Part shown: positions 10,525 to 20,486 of the stretch, piece after piece | Numbering within the stretch: the first letter of the stretch is position 1 | How the letters are laid out: the number at the start of each line of letters is the position of its first letter | Source: Escherichia coli | GTDB lineage: Bacteria > Pseudomonadota > Gammaproteobacteria > Enterobacterales > Enterobacteriaceae | DNA: 64,000 bases | Direction: 5' to 3' (one strand) | Assembly: GCF_050920415.1 (NCBI RefSeq) | Contig: NZ_CP169309.1 | Made by a program: the position numbers and the translations under genes | Notes under the pieces: generated by a model | What the model was told of the DNA's origin: nothing | Seen by the model: the letters and a program-made list of their open reading frames with translations, nothing else | Database searches by the model: none

Positions 10525-11403
10525 ATGAATAAGTACACCATCAACGACATTACGCGCGCATCGGGCGGTTTTGCCATGCTGGCAGTCGATCAGCGCGAAG
10601 CCATGCGCATGATGTTTGCCGCGGCTGGCGCACCCGCTCCAGTAGTCGATAGCGTTTTAACTGATTTCAAAGTTAACGCTGCAAAGACCCTCTCGCCTTA
10701 TGCCTCGGCGATTCTGGTAGATCAACAATTCTGCTACCGCCAGGTGGTTGAGCAAAACGCGATTGCCAAAAGTTGCGCCATGATTGTCGCCGCCGATGAG
10801 TTCATCCCTGGCAACGGTATTCCGGTAGATAGCGTAGTCATTGACCGCAAAATCAACCCGCTACAAATCAAACAAGACGGCGGTAAAGCCTTAAAACTGC
10901 TGGTGCTGTGGCGTAGCGATGAAGATGCGCAGCAACGCCTGAATATGGTGAAAGAGTTCAACGAACTGTGCCATTCACACGGTCTGGTGAGCATCATTGA
11001 GCCGGTTGTTCGCCCGCCGCGTCGTGGCGATAAATTCGATCGCGAACAAGCGATCATCGATGCCGCCAAAGAACTGGGCGACAGTGGCGCTGACCTCTAC
11101 AAAGTTGAAATGCCGCTTTATGGCAAAGGTCCGCAACAAGAGCTTCTCAGTGCTTCACAACGTCTGAATGACCATATCAATATGCCGTGGGTGATCCTCT
11201 CATCCGGCGTCGACGAAAAACTGTTCCCGCGTGCCGTACGCGTGGCAATGACAGCGGGTGCATCGGGCTTCCTGGCTGGTCGTGCCGTCTGGGCATCGGT
11301 TGTCGGTTTACCGGACAACGAGCTGATGCTGCGTGACGTTTGCGCACCGAAATTACAACAACTTGGCGATATCGTCGACGAAATGATGGCTAAACGCCGT
11401 TAA
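10525..11403 (+). CDS. yihT: 6-deoxy-6-sulfofructose-1-phosphate aldolase
   Basis: 292 aa class I aldolase-like; position in cluster. Confidence 0.9.
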   Translation: MNKYTINDITRASGGFAMLAVDQREAMRMMFAAAGAPAPVVDSVLTDFKVNAAKTLSPYASAILVDQQFCYRQVVEQNAIAKSCAMIVAADEFIPGNGIPVDSVVIDRKINPLQIKQDGGKALKLLVLWRSDEDAQQRLNMVKEFNELCHSHGLVSIIEPVVRPPRRGDKFDREQAIIDAAKELGDSGADLYKVEMPLYGKGPQQELLSASQRLNDHINMPWVILSSGVDEKLFPRAVRVAMTAGASGFLAGRAVWASVVGLPDNELMLRDVCAPKLQQLGDIVDEMMAKRR

Positions 11404-11418
11404 GATGAGGATACAAAA

Positions 11419-12660
11419 ATGAAATGGTTTAACACCTTAAGTCACAACCGTTGGCTGGAACAGGAAACCGATCGCATCTTTGATTTTGGTAAAAATTCCG
11501 TAGTACCGACTGGCTTTGGCTGGTTAGGCAATAAAGGGCAAATCAAAGAAGAGATGGGCACCCATCTGTGGATCACCGCCCGTATGTTGCACGTGTATTC
11601 CGTTGCTGCGGCGATGGGTCGACCTGGCGCTTACTCGTTGGTTGATCATGGTATCAAAGCCATGAACGGCGCACTGCGCGATAAAAAATATGGCGGCTGG
11701 TATGCCTGTGTCAATGACGAGGGCGTGGTGGATGCCTCCAAACAGGGCTATCAACATTTCTTTGCCCTGCTGGGTGCCGCCAGCGCGGTCACAACGGGTC
11801 ACCCGGAAGCGCGTAAGCTGCTCGATTACACCATTGAAATTATCGAGAAATACTTCTGGAGCGAAGAAGAGCAGATGTGCCTGGAATCCTGGGACGAAGC
11901 CTTCAGCAAAACCGAAGAGTACCGCGGCGGCAATGCCAATATGCACGCGGTGGAAGCTTTCTTGATTGTTTATGACGTAACGCATGACAAAAAATGGCTG
12001 GATCGCGCGATTCGCGTGGCTTCCGTCATTATCCACGATGTCGCCAGAAATAATCATTATCGCGTTAACGAGCACTTCGATACCCAGTGGAATCCGCTGC
12101 CGGATTACAACAAAGATAACCCAGCGCACCGCTTCCGCGCATTCGGAGGCACGCCGGGCCACTGGATCGAATGGGGCCGTTTAATGCTGCATATCCACGC
12201 TGCCCTGGAAGCCCGTTGCGAACAGCCTCCGGCCTGGTTGCTAGAAGATGCCAAAGGTCTGTTCAACGCCACCGTGCGCGATGCCTGGGCGCCCGATGGT
12301 GCCGACGGGATTGTTTATACCGTTGACTGGGAAGGCAAACCGGTGGTCCGCGAACGTGTGCGTTGGCCTATCGTCGAAGCGATGGGTACGGCTTACGCGC
12401 TCTACACCGTTACCGGCGATCGCCAGTACGAAACCTGGTATCAGACAAGGTGGGACTACTGCATTAAGTACCTGATGGACTACGAAAACGGTTCCTGGTG
12501 GCAGGAGCTGGATGCGGACAACAAGGTCACCACCAAAGTCTGGGACGGTAAACAGGATATTTACCACCTGCTGCATTGCCTGGTGATCCCGCGTATCCCG
12601 TTAGCACCAGGCCTGGCACCGGCTGTTGCGGCGGGTCTGCTGGACGTGAATGCCAAATAA
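11419..12660 (+). CDS. yihS: Sulfoquinovose isomerase (AGE/mannose-isomerase-like)
   Basis: 413 aa; position in cluster. Confidence 0.9.
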   Translation: MKWFNTLSHNRWLEQETDRIFDFGKNSVVPTGFGWLGNKGQIKEEMGTHLWITARMLHVYSVAAAMGRPGAYSLVDHGIKAMNGALRDKKYGGWYACVNDEGVVDASKQGYQHFFALLGAASAVTTGHPEARKLLDYTIEIIEKYFWSEEEQMCLESWDEAFSKTEEYRGGNANMHAVEAFLIVYDVTHDKKWLDRAIRVASVIIHDVARNNHYRVNEHFDTQWNPLPDYNKDNPAHRFRAFGGTPGHWIEWGRLMLHIHAALEARCEQPPAWLLEDAKGLFNATVRDAWAPDGADGIVYTVDWEGKPVVRERVRWPIVEAMGTAYALYTVTGDRQYETWYQTRWDYCIKYLMDYENGSWWQELDADNKVTTKVWDGKQDIYHLLHCLVIPRIPLAPGLAPAVAAGLLDVNAK

Positions 12661-12778
12661 CTGACTGAAAACCCTAACCCTCTCCCCAAAGGGGAGAGGG
12701 GACCGCCCGGCGCAGTTTTTTGGTTTGACATCAGCCTCATGGGAGGCTGTATGCCGTTTTTTAATTAAGGTGCCTCGT

Positions 12779-13681
12779 ATGCAAATCACCAACATGCATT
12801 GCAGTGGACAAACCGTTTCACTTGCCGCGGGGGATTATCACGCGACTATCGTGACGGTTGGTGCTGGTCTGGCTGAATTAACTTTTCAGGGTTGTCATTT
12901 AGTCATCCCGCACAAACCCGAAGAGATGCCGCTGGCGCATCTGGGTAAAGTGCTTATTCCGTGGCCGAACCGGATCGCCAACGGCTGTTACCGCTATCAG
13001 GGACAGGAATATCAGTTACCCATTAATGAACATAGTTCAAAAGCCGCTATTCACGGGCTGCTTGCCTGGCGAGACTGGCAAATTAGCGAATTAACCGCCA
13101 CCAGCGTTACCCTGACAGCTTTTCTACCGCCCAGTTACGGCTATCCGTTTATGCTGGCTTCGCAGGTTGTTTATTCGCTCAATGCTCGCACGGGCCTTTC
13201 CGTTGAGATCGCAAGCCAGAATATTGGTACTGTGACCGCACCTTATGGTGTGGGTATTCATCCTTATTTAACCTGCAACTTAACATCTGTTGATGACTAT
13301 CTTTTCCAGCTTCCGGCAGAACAGGTTTATGCCGTCGATGAGCACGCAAATCCAACAACGCTTCACCCCGTTGATGAGCTGGATTTAAATTTCACGCAGG
13401 CGAAAAAAATAGCCGCGACAAAAATCGACCACACCTTTAAAACCGCTAATGATCTGTGGGAAATGACCATTACCCATCCACAGCAGGCGCTGTTGGTGAG
13501 TCTTTGTTCCGATCAACCCTGGGTGCAGGTTTATAGCGGCGAAAAATTACAGCGTCAGGGACTGGCAGTTGAACCTATGAGTTGCCCGCCTAACGCCTTT
13601 AATTCCGGCACCGATTTATTATTACTGGAACCAGGAAAAACGCATCGCCTGTTTTTTAATATTCACGGGCAGCACAATTAA
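12779..13681 (+). CDS. yihR: Aldose-1-epimerase family protein (sulfoquinovose mutarotase)
   Basis: ORF 12725..13681; AAGGTG RBS before ATG at 12779; start choice uncertain. Confidence 0.8.
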   Translation: MQITNMHCSGQTVSLAAGDYHATIVTVGAGLAELTFQGCHLVIPHKPEEMPLAHLGKVLIPWPNRIANGCYRYQGQEYQLPINEHSSKAAIHGLLAWRDWQISELTATSVTLTAFLPPSYGYPFMLASQVVYSLNARTGLSVEIASQNIGTVTAPYGVGIHPYLTCNLTSVDDYLFQLPAEQVYAVDEHANPTTLHPVDELDLNFTQAKKIAATKIDHTFKTANDLWEMTITHPQQALLVSLCSDQPWVQVYSGEKLQRQGLAVEPMSCPPNAFNSGTDLLLLEPGKTHRLFFNIHGQHN

Positions 13682-13741
13682 TTTCATTAAGAAAAAAACG
13701 AGATCATTGTTTAGGGTTGTATTTACACAACAGGAAATATT

Positions 13742-14617
13742 ATGGACTTTTTTACGTTATTTTCGCCAGATGGGGCCATGCTGGAAACAAACGTGGTATG
13801 TATCGTTATCGCGTTGATGTTTCTTTATACCTTTGTGGGGATATGCGCGGGATTTGGTGGCGGTTTAACCACCATGCCACTCGTCACGTTAATGCTCCCC
13901 GTAAAAATGGCAACACCACTTTCGGTAATTGTCGGCACCGCAACCGCCTTGTACGCCACCTGGCTGTCACGTAAAGAAACGGATTGGCGATCGGCAATGG
14001 TACTGATTATTTTCTCGTTTCTGGGAATACCCGTCGGTTTATATGCGCTGTCGTATTTACCCGACCATTTTATGAAAGTGGGCTTAGGCGGATTCCTTAT
14101 CCTTTACTCGTTTTACAGCATGTTTATTCCTCGCCTGCCGATTTATGACCGTAACTGGATCGCCGCACCTATCGGCGCAGTAGCTGGTGCATTAGGTGCG
14201 GCGTTCTCAACCAACGGACCGCCGATGGTTATCTACGGTATGCTGCGTAACTTAGGCCCGGCGGCATTTCGCGGCACTCTGAACGCTTTCTTCACCGCAA
14301 ACAACATCGCGGTAATCGGCGGGCTGGCGACCAGCGGAATTTTGACTGTTTCTATCTTTAAACTGGTGCTGTTTTGTATTCCCACCATGATCCTCGGTTC
14401 ACTGGTTGGACAATATGTGCATAAACGCATTTCAGTCAAAGTGTTCCGTGTGATGGTCTTTTTGTTGCTGATTGCCTCCGGTTCCATGTTGATAAAAGGT
14501 GCGTTGGGAATTCCCGCCGCTGCCGCACTTCTGCCTCCGTTTACCTTGTTAGTTATACTGCAACTGGCATTTGGTAAAAAAGTGGCGGCAATCCGCCGAG
14601 CTGAAGAAAGTAAATAA
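13742..14617 (+). CDS. TauE/SafE (TSUP, DUF81) family permease, putative sulfonate/sulfite exporter
   Basis: 291-aa highly hydrophobic ORF with AGGAAA RBS; glycine-rich TSUP-like segment GFGGGLTTMP; lies between yihR and yihQ. Confidence 0.75.
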   Translation: MDFFTLFSPDGAMLETNVVCIVIALMFLYTFVGICAGFGGGLTTMPLVTLMLPVKMATPLSVIVGTATALYATWLSRKETDWRSAMVLIIFSFLGIPVGLYALSYLPDHFMKVGLGGFLILYSFYSMFIPRLPIYDRNWIAAPIGAVAGALGAAFSTNGPPMVIYGMLRNLGPAAFRGTLNAFFTANNIAVIGGLATSGILTVSIFKLVLFCIPTMILGSLVGQYVHKRISVKVFRVMVFLLLIASGSMLIKGALGIPAAAALLPPFTLLVILQLAFGKKVAAIRRAEESK

Positions 14618-14724
14618 TCACTTGCGCGGGTTTTAATTTATACCCGCACACATTCTTTGATTAATGAAACCTGTAATAACAGGATGGCATGAAATATTAG
14701 TTTTATACTCTATGGAGATTATTT

Positions 14725-16761
14725 ATGGATACGCCACGCCCACAGTTATTAGATTTTCAATTTCATCAGAATAACGACAGTTTTACTCTACGTTTTCAAG
14801 ACCGTCTTATTTTAATCCATAGCAAAGATAATCCTTGCTTATCGATTGGCTCAGGTATAGCGGATATCGATATGTTCCGCGGTAATTTCAGCATTAAAGA
14901 TAAATTGCAGGAGAAAATTGCGCTGACCGACGCCATCGTCAGCCAGTCACCGGATGGCTGGTTAATCCATTTCAGCCGTGGTTCTGACATTAGCGCCACG
15001 CTGCGTATCTCTGCCGACGATCAGGGCCGTTTATTGCTGGAACTACAAAACGACAACCATCACCATAACCGCATCTGGCTGCGTCTTGCCGCACAACCAG
15101 AGGACCATATCTACGGCTGCGGCGAACAGTTTTCCTATTTTGATCTGCGCGGCAAACCGTTCCCGCTATGGACCAGTGAACAAGGCGTTGGTCGCAACAA
15201 ACAAACCTATGTCACCTGGCAGGCCGACTGCAAAGAGAACGCGGGCGGCGACTATTACTGGACTTTCTTCCCGCAGCCTACTTTTGTCAGCACGCAGAAG
15301 TATTACTGCCATGTCGATAACAGCTGCTATATGAACTTCGACTTCAGTGCTCCGGAATACCATGAACTGGCATTGTGGGAAGACAATGCCACCCTGCGTT
15401 TTGAATGTGCGGACACATACATCTCCCTGTTGGAAAAATTAACCGCCCTGCTGGGACGCCAGCCAGAACTGCCCGACTGGATTTATGACGGGGTAACGCT
15501 CGGTATTCAGGGCGGGACAGATGTATGCCAGAAGAAACTGGACACCATGCGTAACGCGGGCGTGAAGGTCAACGGCATCTGGGCGCAGGACTGGTCCGGG
15601 ATCCGTATGACCTCTTTTGGCAAACGTGTGATGTGGAACTGGAAGTGGAACAGTGAAAACTACCCACAGTTAGATTCCCGCATCAAGCAATGGAAAGAAG
15701 AAGGCGTGCAGTTCCTCGCCTACATCAACCCGTATGTTGCCAGCGATAAAGATCTCTGCGAAGAAGCGGCGCAACATGGCTATCTGGCAAAAGATGCCTC
15801 TGGCGGTGACTATCTGGTGGAATTTGGGGAGTTTTACGGCGGCGTTGTCGATTTGACCAATCCTGAAGCATATTCCTGGTTCAAAGAAGTCATCAAGAAA
15901 AACATGATCGAATTGGGCTGCGGCGGCTGGATGGCAGATTTTGGCGAATATTTGCCGACCGATACGTATCTGCATAACGGCGTTAGCGCCGAAATTATGC
16001 ATAACGCCTGGCCCGCACTGTGGGCGAAATGTAACTACGAAGCCCTTGAAGAAACGGGCAAGCTTGGCGAGATCCTTTTCTTTATGCGCGCCGGTTCTAC
16101 CGGTAGCCAGAAATACTCCACCATGATGTGGGCGGGCGACCAGAACGTCGACTGGAGTCTGGACGATGGCCTGGCGTCGGTTGTTCCGGCGGCGCTCTCG
16201 CTGGCGATGACCGGGCATGGCCTGCATCACAGTGACATTGGCGGTTACACCACCCTGTTTGAGATGAAGCGCAGCAAAGAGCTGCTGCTGCGCTGGTGCG
16301 ATTTCAGCGCCTTCACGCCGATGATGCGCACCCACGAAGGTAACCGTCCTGGCGACAACTGGCAGTTTGACGGCGACGCGGAAACCATCGCCCATTTTGC
16401 CCGTATGACCACCGTCTTCACCACCCTGAAACCTTACCTGAAAGAGGCCGTCGCGCTGAATGCGAAGTCCGGCCTGCCGGTTATGCGCCCGCTGTTCCTG
16501 CACTACGAAGACGACGCGCAGACCTACACCCTGAAATATCAGTACCTGTTAGGTCGCGACATTCTGGTCGCTCCGGTGCATGAACAAGGCCGCAGCGACT
16601 GGACGCTCTATCTGCCGGAGGATAACTGGGTCCACGCCTGGACAGGTGAAGCGTTCCGGGGCGGGGAAGTTACCGTTAATGCGCCCATCGGTAAACCGCC
16701 GGTCTTTTATCGCACCGACAGCGAATGGGCGGCACTGTTCGCGTCGTTAAAAAGCATCTAA
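14725..16761 (+). CDS. yihQ: Sulfoquinovosidase (GH31 alpha-glucosidase family)
   Basis: 678 aa GH31-like; position in cluster. Confidence 0.92.
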   Translation: MDTPRPQLLDFQFHQNNDSFTLRFQDRLILIHSKDNPCLSIGSGIADIDMFRGNFSIKDKLQEKIALTDAIVSQSPDGWLIHFSRGSDISATLRISADDQGRLLLELQNDNHHHNRIWLRLAAQPEDHIYGCGEQFSYFDLRGKPFPLWTSEQGVGRNKQTYVTWQADCKENAGGDYYWTFFPQPTFVSTQKYYCHVDNSCYMNFDFSAPEYHELALWEDNATLRFECADTYISLLEKLTALLGRQPELPDWIYDGVTLGIQGGTDVCQKKLDTMRNAGVKVNGIWAQDWSGIRMTSFGKRVMWNWKWNSENYPQLDSRIKQWKEEGVQFLAYINPYVASDKDLCEEAAQHGYLAKDASGGDYLVEFGEFYGGVVDLTNPEAYSWFKEVIKKNMIELGCGGWMADFGEYLPTDTYLHNGVSAEIMHNAWPALWAKCNYEALEETGKLGEILFFMRAGSTGSQKYSTMMWAGDQNVDWSLDDGLASVVPAALSLAMTGHGLHHSDIGGYTTLFEMKRSKELLLRWCDFSAFTPMMRTHEGNRPGDNWQFDGDAETIAHFARMTTVFTTLKPYLKEAVALNAKSGLPVMRPLFLHYEDDAQTYTLKYQYLLGRDILVAPVHEQGRSDWTLYLPEDNWVHAWTGEAFRGGEVTVNAPIGKPPVFYRTDSEWAALFASLKSI

Positions 16762-16806
16762 TCACGTCCGCCCGTGGGGAAACTCACGGGCAAAGGGAGA
16801 ACAACG

Positions 16807-18192
16807 ATGAGTCACATCACAACGGAAGATCCGGCTACTTTACGTCTGCCCTTTAAAGAGAAACTCTCTTACGGTATCGGCGATCTGGCCTCTAACATCC
16901 TGCTGGATATCGGCACGCTTTATCTTTTGAAGTTTTATACCGACGTTCTGGGGCTGCCCGGCACCTATGGCGGTATTATCTTTTTGATCTCGAAATTCTT
17001 TACCGCCTTTACCGACATGGGTACCGGCATCATGCTCGATTCCCGGCGTAAGATCGGTCCAAAAGGCAAATTCCGCCCTTTCATTTTTTACGCCTCATTC
17101 CCGGTCACTCTGCTGGCGATCGCCAACTTTGTCGGCACACCGTTTGATGTCACCGGTAAAACGGTGATGGCCACTATTCTGTTTATGCTTTACGGGCTGT
17201 TTTTCAGCATGATGAACTGCTCTTATGGCGCAATGGTCCCCGCTATTACCAAAAACCCCAACGAACGCGCATCACTGGCGGCATGGCGTCAGGGTGGCGC
17301 TACATTGGGCCTGCTGCTTTGTACGGTGGGATTCGTGCCGGTTATGAATCTTATCGAGGGTAATCAGCAACTTGGCTATATCTTCGCCGCCACGCTGTTT
17401 TCACTATTCGGCCTGCTGTTTATGTGGATCTGCTATTCGGGCGTGAAAGAGCGTTATGTCGAAACGCAACCTGCAAATCCGGCGCAAAAGCCAGGCTTGT
17501 TGCAATCTTTCCGTGCGATTGCCGGTAACCGCCCGCTGTTCATTTTGTGCATTGCTAACCTCTGTACCTTAGGGGCATTTAACGTCAAGCTCGCCATTCA
17601 GGTCTATTACACCCAGTACGTGCTTAACGATCCCATCCTGTTGTCATATATGGGATTTTTCAGCATGGGCTGTATTTTCATCGGCGTGTTCCTGATGCCT
17701 GGTGCAGTCAGACGTTTTGGTAAGAAGAAGGTCTATATCGGCGGCCTGCTGATTTGGGTGCTGGGCGATCTGCTCAACTATTTCTTCGGCGGCGGCTCGG
17801 TCAGTTTTGTGGCGTTCTCCTGCCTGGCATTCTTCGGCTCGGCGTTTGTTAACAGCCTGAACTGGGCGCTGGTTTCCGACACCGTCGAGTACGGCGAGTG
17901 GCGCACCGGCGTTCGTTCGGAAGGTACGGTCTACACCGGCTTCACCTTCTTTCGCAAAGTATCTCAGGCGCTGGCAGGTTTCTTCCCAGGCTGGATGCTG
18001 ACGCAAATCGGCTATGTGCCAAACGTGGCGCAGGCTGACCATACCATCGAAGGTTTACGCCAGCTGATCTTCATCTACCCAAGCGCACTGGCGGTAGTCA
18101 CCATTGTTGCGATGGGTTGCTTCTACAGTCTGAACGAGAAAATGTACGTCCGCATTGTTGAAGAAATAGAAGCCCGTAAACGCACGGCATAA
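16807..18192 (+). CDS. yihP: GPH-family sugar:cation symporter (sulfoquinovose cluster transporter)
   Basis: ORF 16774..18192, 461 aa from internal start; paralogous to the next ORF. Confidence 0.88.
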   Translation: MSHITTEDPATLRLPFKEKLSYGIGDLASNILLDIGTLYLLKFYTDVLGLPGTYGGIIFLISKFFTAFTDMGTGIMLDSRRKIGPKGKFRPFIFYASFPVTLLAIANFVGTPFDVTGKTVMATILFMLYGLFFSMMNCSYGAMVPAITKNPNERASLAAWRQGGATLGLLLCTVGFVPVMNLIEGNQQLGYIFAATLFSLFGLLFMWICYSGVKERYVETQPANPAQKPGLLQSFRAIAGNRPLFILCIANLCTLGAFNVKLAIQVYYTQYVLNDPILLSYMGFFSMGCIFIGVFLMPGAVRRFGKKKVYIGGLLIWVLGDLLNYFFGGGSVSFVAFSCLAFFGSAFVNSLNWALVSDTVEYGEWRTGVRSEGTVYTGFTFFRKVSQALAGFFPGWMLTQIGYVPNVAQADHTIEGLRQLIFIYPSALAVVTIVAMGCFYSLNEKMYVRIVEEIEARKRTA

Positions 18193-18232
18193 ATAATAAA
18201 CAACGCCCTGCGGGGCGTTATAAGGAGTGATT

Positions 18233-19636
18233 ATGTCTGACCATAATCCACTGACATTAAAACTGAATCTGCGGGAAAAAATCGCTTATGGCATGGGCGA
18301 CGTCGGTTCGAATTTAATGCTTAGCATCGGCACTCTGTATCTCCTCAAATTTTATACCGATGAATTAGGGATGCCTGCTTACTATGGCGGGATTATCTTT
18401 CTGGTGGCAAAATTCTTTACCGCGTTTACCGATATGCTCACCGGATTTTTACTCGACTCGCGGAAAAATATTGGGCCTAAAGGCAAATTTCGTCCCTTTA
18501 TTTTATATGCAGCGGTTCCGGCGGCGTTAATTGCAACGCTCCAGTTTATCGCCACCACTTTTAGTTTGCCGATTAAAACGACGATTGCCACCGCGCTGTT
18601 TATGATGTTTGGACTTTCATACAGTCTGATGAACTGCTCGTATGGCGCGATGATCCCAGCAATTACCAAAAACCCCAATGAGCGCGCGCAGCTTGCGGCT
18701 TACCGCCAGGGTGGTGCAACCATAGGGCTATTGATTTGTACCGTAGCATTTATTCCACTGCAGTCGCTTTTTTCTGACTCCACTGTCGGTTATGCCTGCG
18801 CGGCACTGATGTTCTCCATTGGTGGCTTTATTTTTATGATGCTGTGCTACAGAGGCGTCAAAGAGCATTATGTGGACACGACGCCAACCGGACATAAAGC
18901 CAGTATTCTCAAATCTTTTTGCGCGATATTTCGTAATCCGCCATTGCTGGTTTTATGCATTGCTAACCTGTGTACCCTGGCGGCATTTAATATCAAACTG
19001 GCAATTCAGGTCTATTACACCCAGTATGTGCTGAATGATATTAATTTATTGTCGTGGATGGGATTCTTCAGTATGGGATGCATCCTCATCGGCGTATTGC
19101 TGGTGCCATTAACTGTAAAATGTTTTGGTAAAAAACAGGTTTATTTAGCTGGCATGGTGCTGTGGGCGGTGGGGGATATCCTGAATTATTTCTGGGGCAG
19201 TAACTCTTTCACTTTCGTCATGTTCTCTTGTGTCGCCTTTTTTGGTACGGCCTTTGTAAACAGCCTGAACTGGGCGCTGGTACCGGATACCGTAGATTAT
19301 GGTGAATGGAAAACCGGTATTCGTGCCGAAGGTTCTGTTTATACCGGTTATACCTTCTTTCGTAAAATTTCAGCCGCACTTGCTGGCTTCTTGCCAGGCA
19401 TTATGCTGACGCAAATCGGTTATGTTCCCAACATCGCGCAAAGCGATGCAACATTACAGGGTTTGCGTCAGCTCATTTTTATTTGGCCTTGTGCGCTGGC
19501 GATAATTGCTGCATTGACGATGGGATTCTTTTACACGCTCAATGAAAAACGTTTTGCGTTAATTATTGAGGACATCAACCAACGTAAAAATAAAGAGATT
19601 GAGACAAAAGAAAAAACTGCTTCTGTAACGTTATAA
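18233..19636 (+). CDS. yihO: GPH-family sugar:cation symporter (sulfoquinovose cluster transporter)
   Basis: 467 aa, paralog of yihP with many identical blocks (e.g. NCSYGAM, PAITKNPNERA). Confidence 0.88.
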   Translation: MSDHNPLTLKLNLREKIAYGMGDVGSNLMLSIGTLYLLKFYTDELGMPAYYGGIIFLVAKFFTAFTDMLTGFLLDSRKNIGPKGKFRPFILYAAVPAALIATLQFIATTFSLPIKTTIATALFMMFGLSYSLMNCSYGAMIPAITKNPNERAQLAAYRQGGATIGLLICTVAFIPLQSLFSDSTVGYACAALMFSIGGFIFMMLCYRGVKEHYVDTTPTGHKASILKSFCAIFRNPPLLVLCIANLCTLAAFNIKLAIQVYYTQYVLNDINLLSWMGFFSMGCILIGVLLVPLTVKCFGKKQVYLAGMVLWAVGDILNYFWGSNSFTFVMFSCVAFFGTAFVNSLNWALVPDTVDYGEWKTGIRAEGSVYTGYTFFRKISAALAGFLPGIMLTQIGYVPNIAQSDATLQGLRQLIFIWPCALAIIAALTMGFFYTLNEKRFALIIEDINQRKNKEIETKEKTASVTL

Positions 19637-19703
19637 ATGTCAATAGCCGCTATTTCCATCCTGATGGGTGGCGGCCCCCCTACGTTAAAAAAATGGACTT
19701 ATT

Positions 19704-20396
19704 ATGAAAAAGATTAATGCAATAATTTTATTATCTTCTCTGACCTCTGCCTCGGTATTTGCTGGCGCATACGTCGAAAACAGGGAGGCATATAATCTCG
19801 CCTCCGATCAGGCAGAAATTATGCTACGTGTAGGTTATAACTTCGATATGGGCGCGGGTATCATGTTAACCAATACCTATAATTTTCAGAGAGAAGATGA
19901 GCTTAAACATGGCTACAATGAAATTGAAGGTTGGTATCCTTTATTCAAACCAACCGATAAATTAACCATCCAGCCCGGTGGATTAATTAATGATAAGAGC
20001 ATCGGTTCGGGTGGCGCAGTGTATCTGGACGTCAACTATAAATTTGTACCATGGTTTAATCTGACAGTGCGAAATCGCTATAACCATAATAACTATAGTT
20101 CAACAGATTTGAACGGGGAACTGGATAATAATGACACCTATGAAATTGGTACCTACTGGAATTTTAAAATTACCGAGAAATTCTCCTATACATTTGAGCC
20201 ACATTATTTCATACGCGTAAATGACTTTAATAGCAGCAATGGAAAAGATCATCATTGGGAAATCACTAATACCTTCCGTTACCGTATTAACGAAAACTGG
20301 CTCCCTTATTTCGAATTACGCTGGTTAGATCGTAATGTCGAACCGTACCACCGCGAACAAAACCAGATTCGTATCGGGACGAAGTATTTCTTCTGA
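19704..20396 (+). CDS. ompL: Outer membrane porin L
   Basis: 230 aa with N-terminal signal peptide (MKKINAIILLSSLTSASVFA) and C-terminal aromatic residue F. Confidence 0.88.
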   Translation: MKKINAIILLSSLTSASVFAGAYVENREAYNLASDQAEIMLRVGYNFDMGAGIMLTNTYNFQREDELKHGYNEIEGWYPLFKPTDKLTIQPGGLINDKSIGSGGAVYLDVNYKFVPWFNLTVRNRYNHNNYSSTDLNGELDNNDTYEIGTYWNFKITEKFSYTFEPHYFIRVNDFNSSNGKDHHWEITNTFRYRINENWLPYFELRWLDRNVEPYHREQNQIRIGTKYFF

Positions 20397-20405
20397 TGTG
20401 AAACT

Positions 20406-20481
20406 GCCGGATGCGGCGTAAACGCCTTATCCAGCCTACGGTTGATACGGTTTTCATTGGCCGGATTAAACACATCCGGCC
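20406..20481. repeat. REP element plus hairpin between ompL and yihN
   Basis: gccggatgcggcgtaaacgccttatccagcctac REP consensus; ggccggattaaacacatccggcc palindrome. Confidence 0.75.
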
Positions 20482-20486
20482 ATTAA

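Noticed and set aside
11524-12162. 212-aa minus-strand ORF
   Set aside because: Antisense inside yihS.
15670-16503. 277-aa minus-strand ORF
   Set aside because: Antisense within yihQ; Arg/Gly/Ala-rich translation with no recognisable fold signature.
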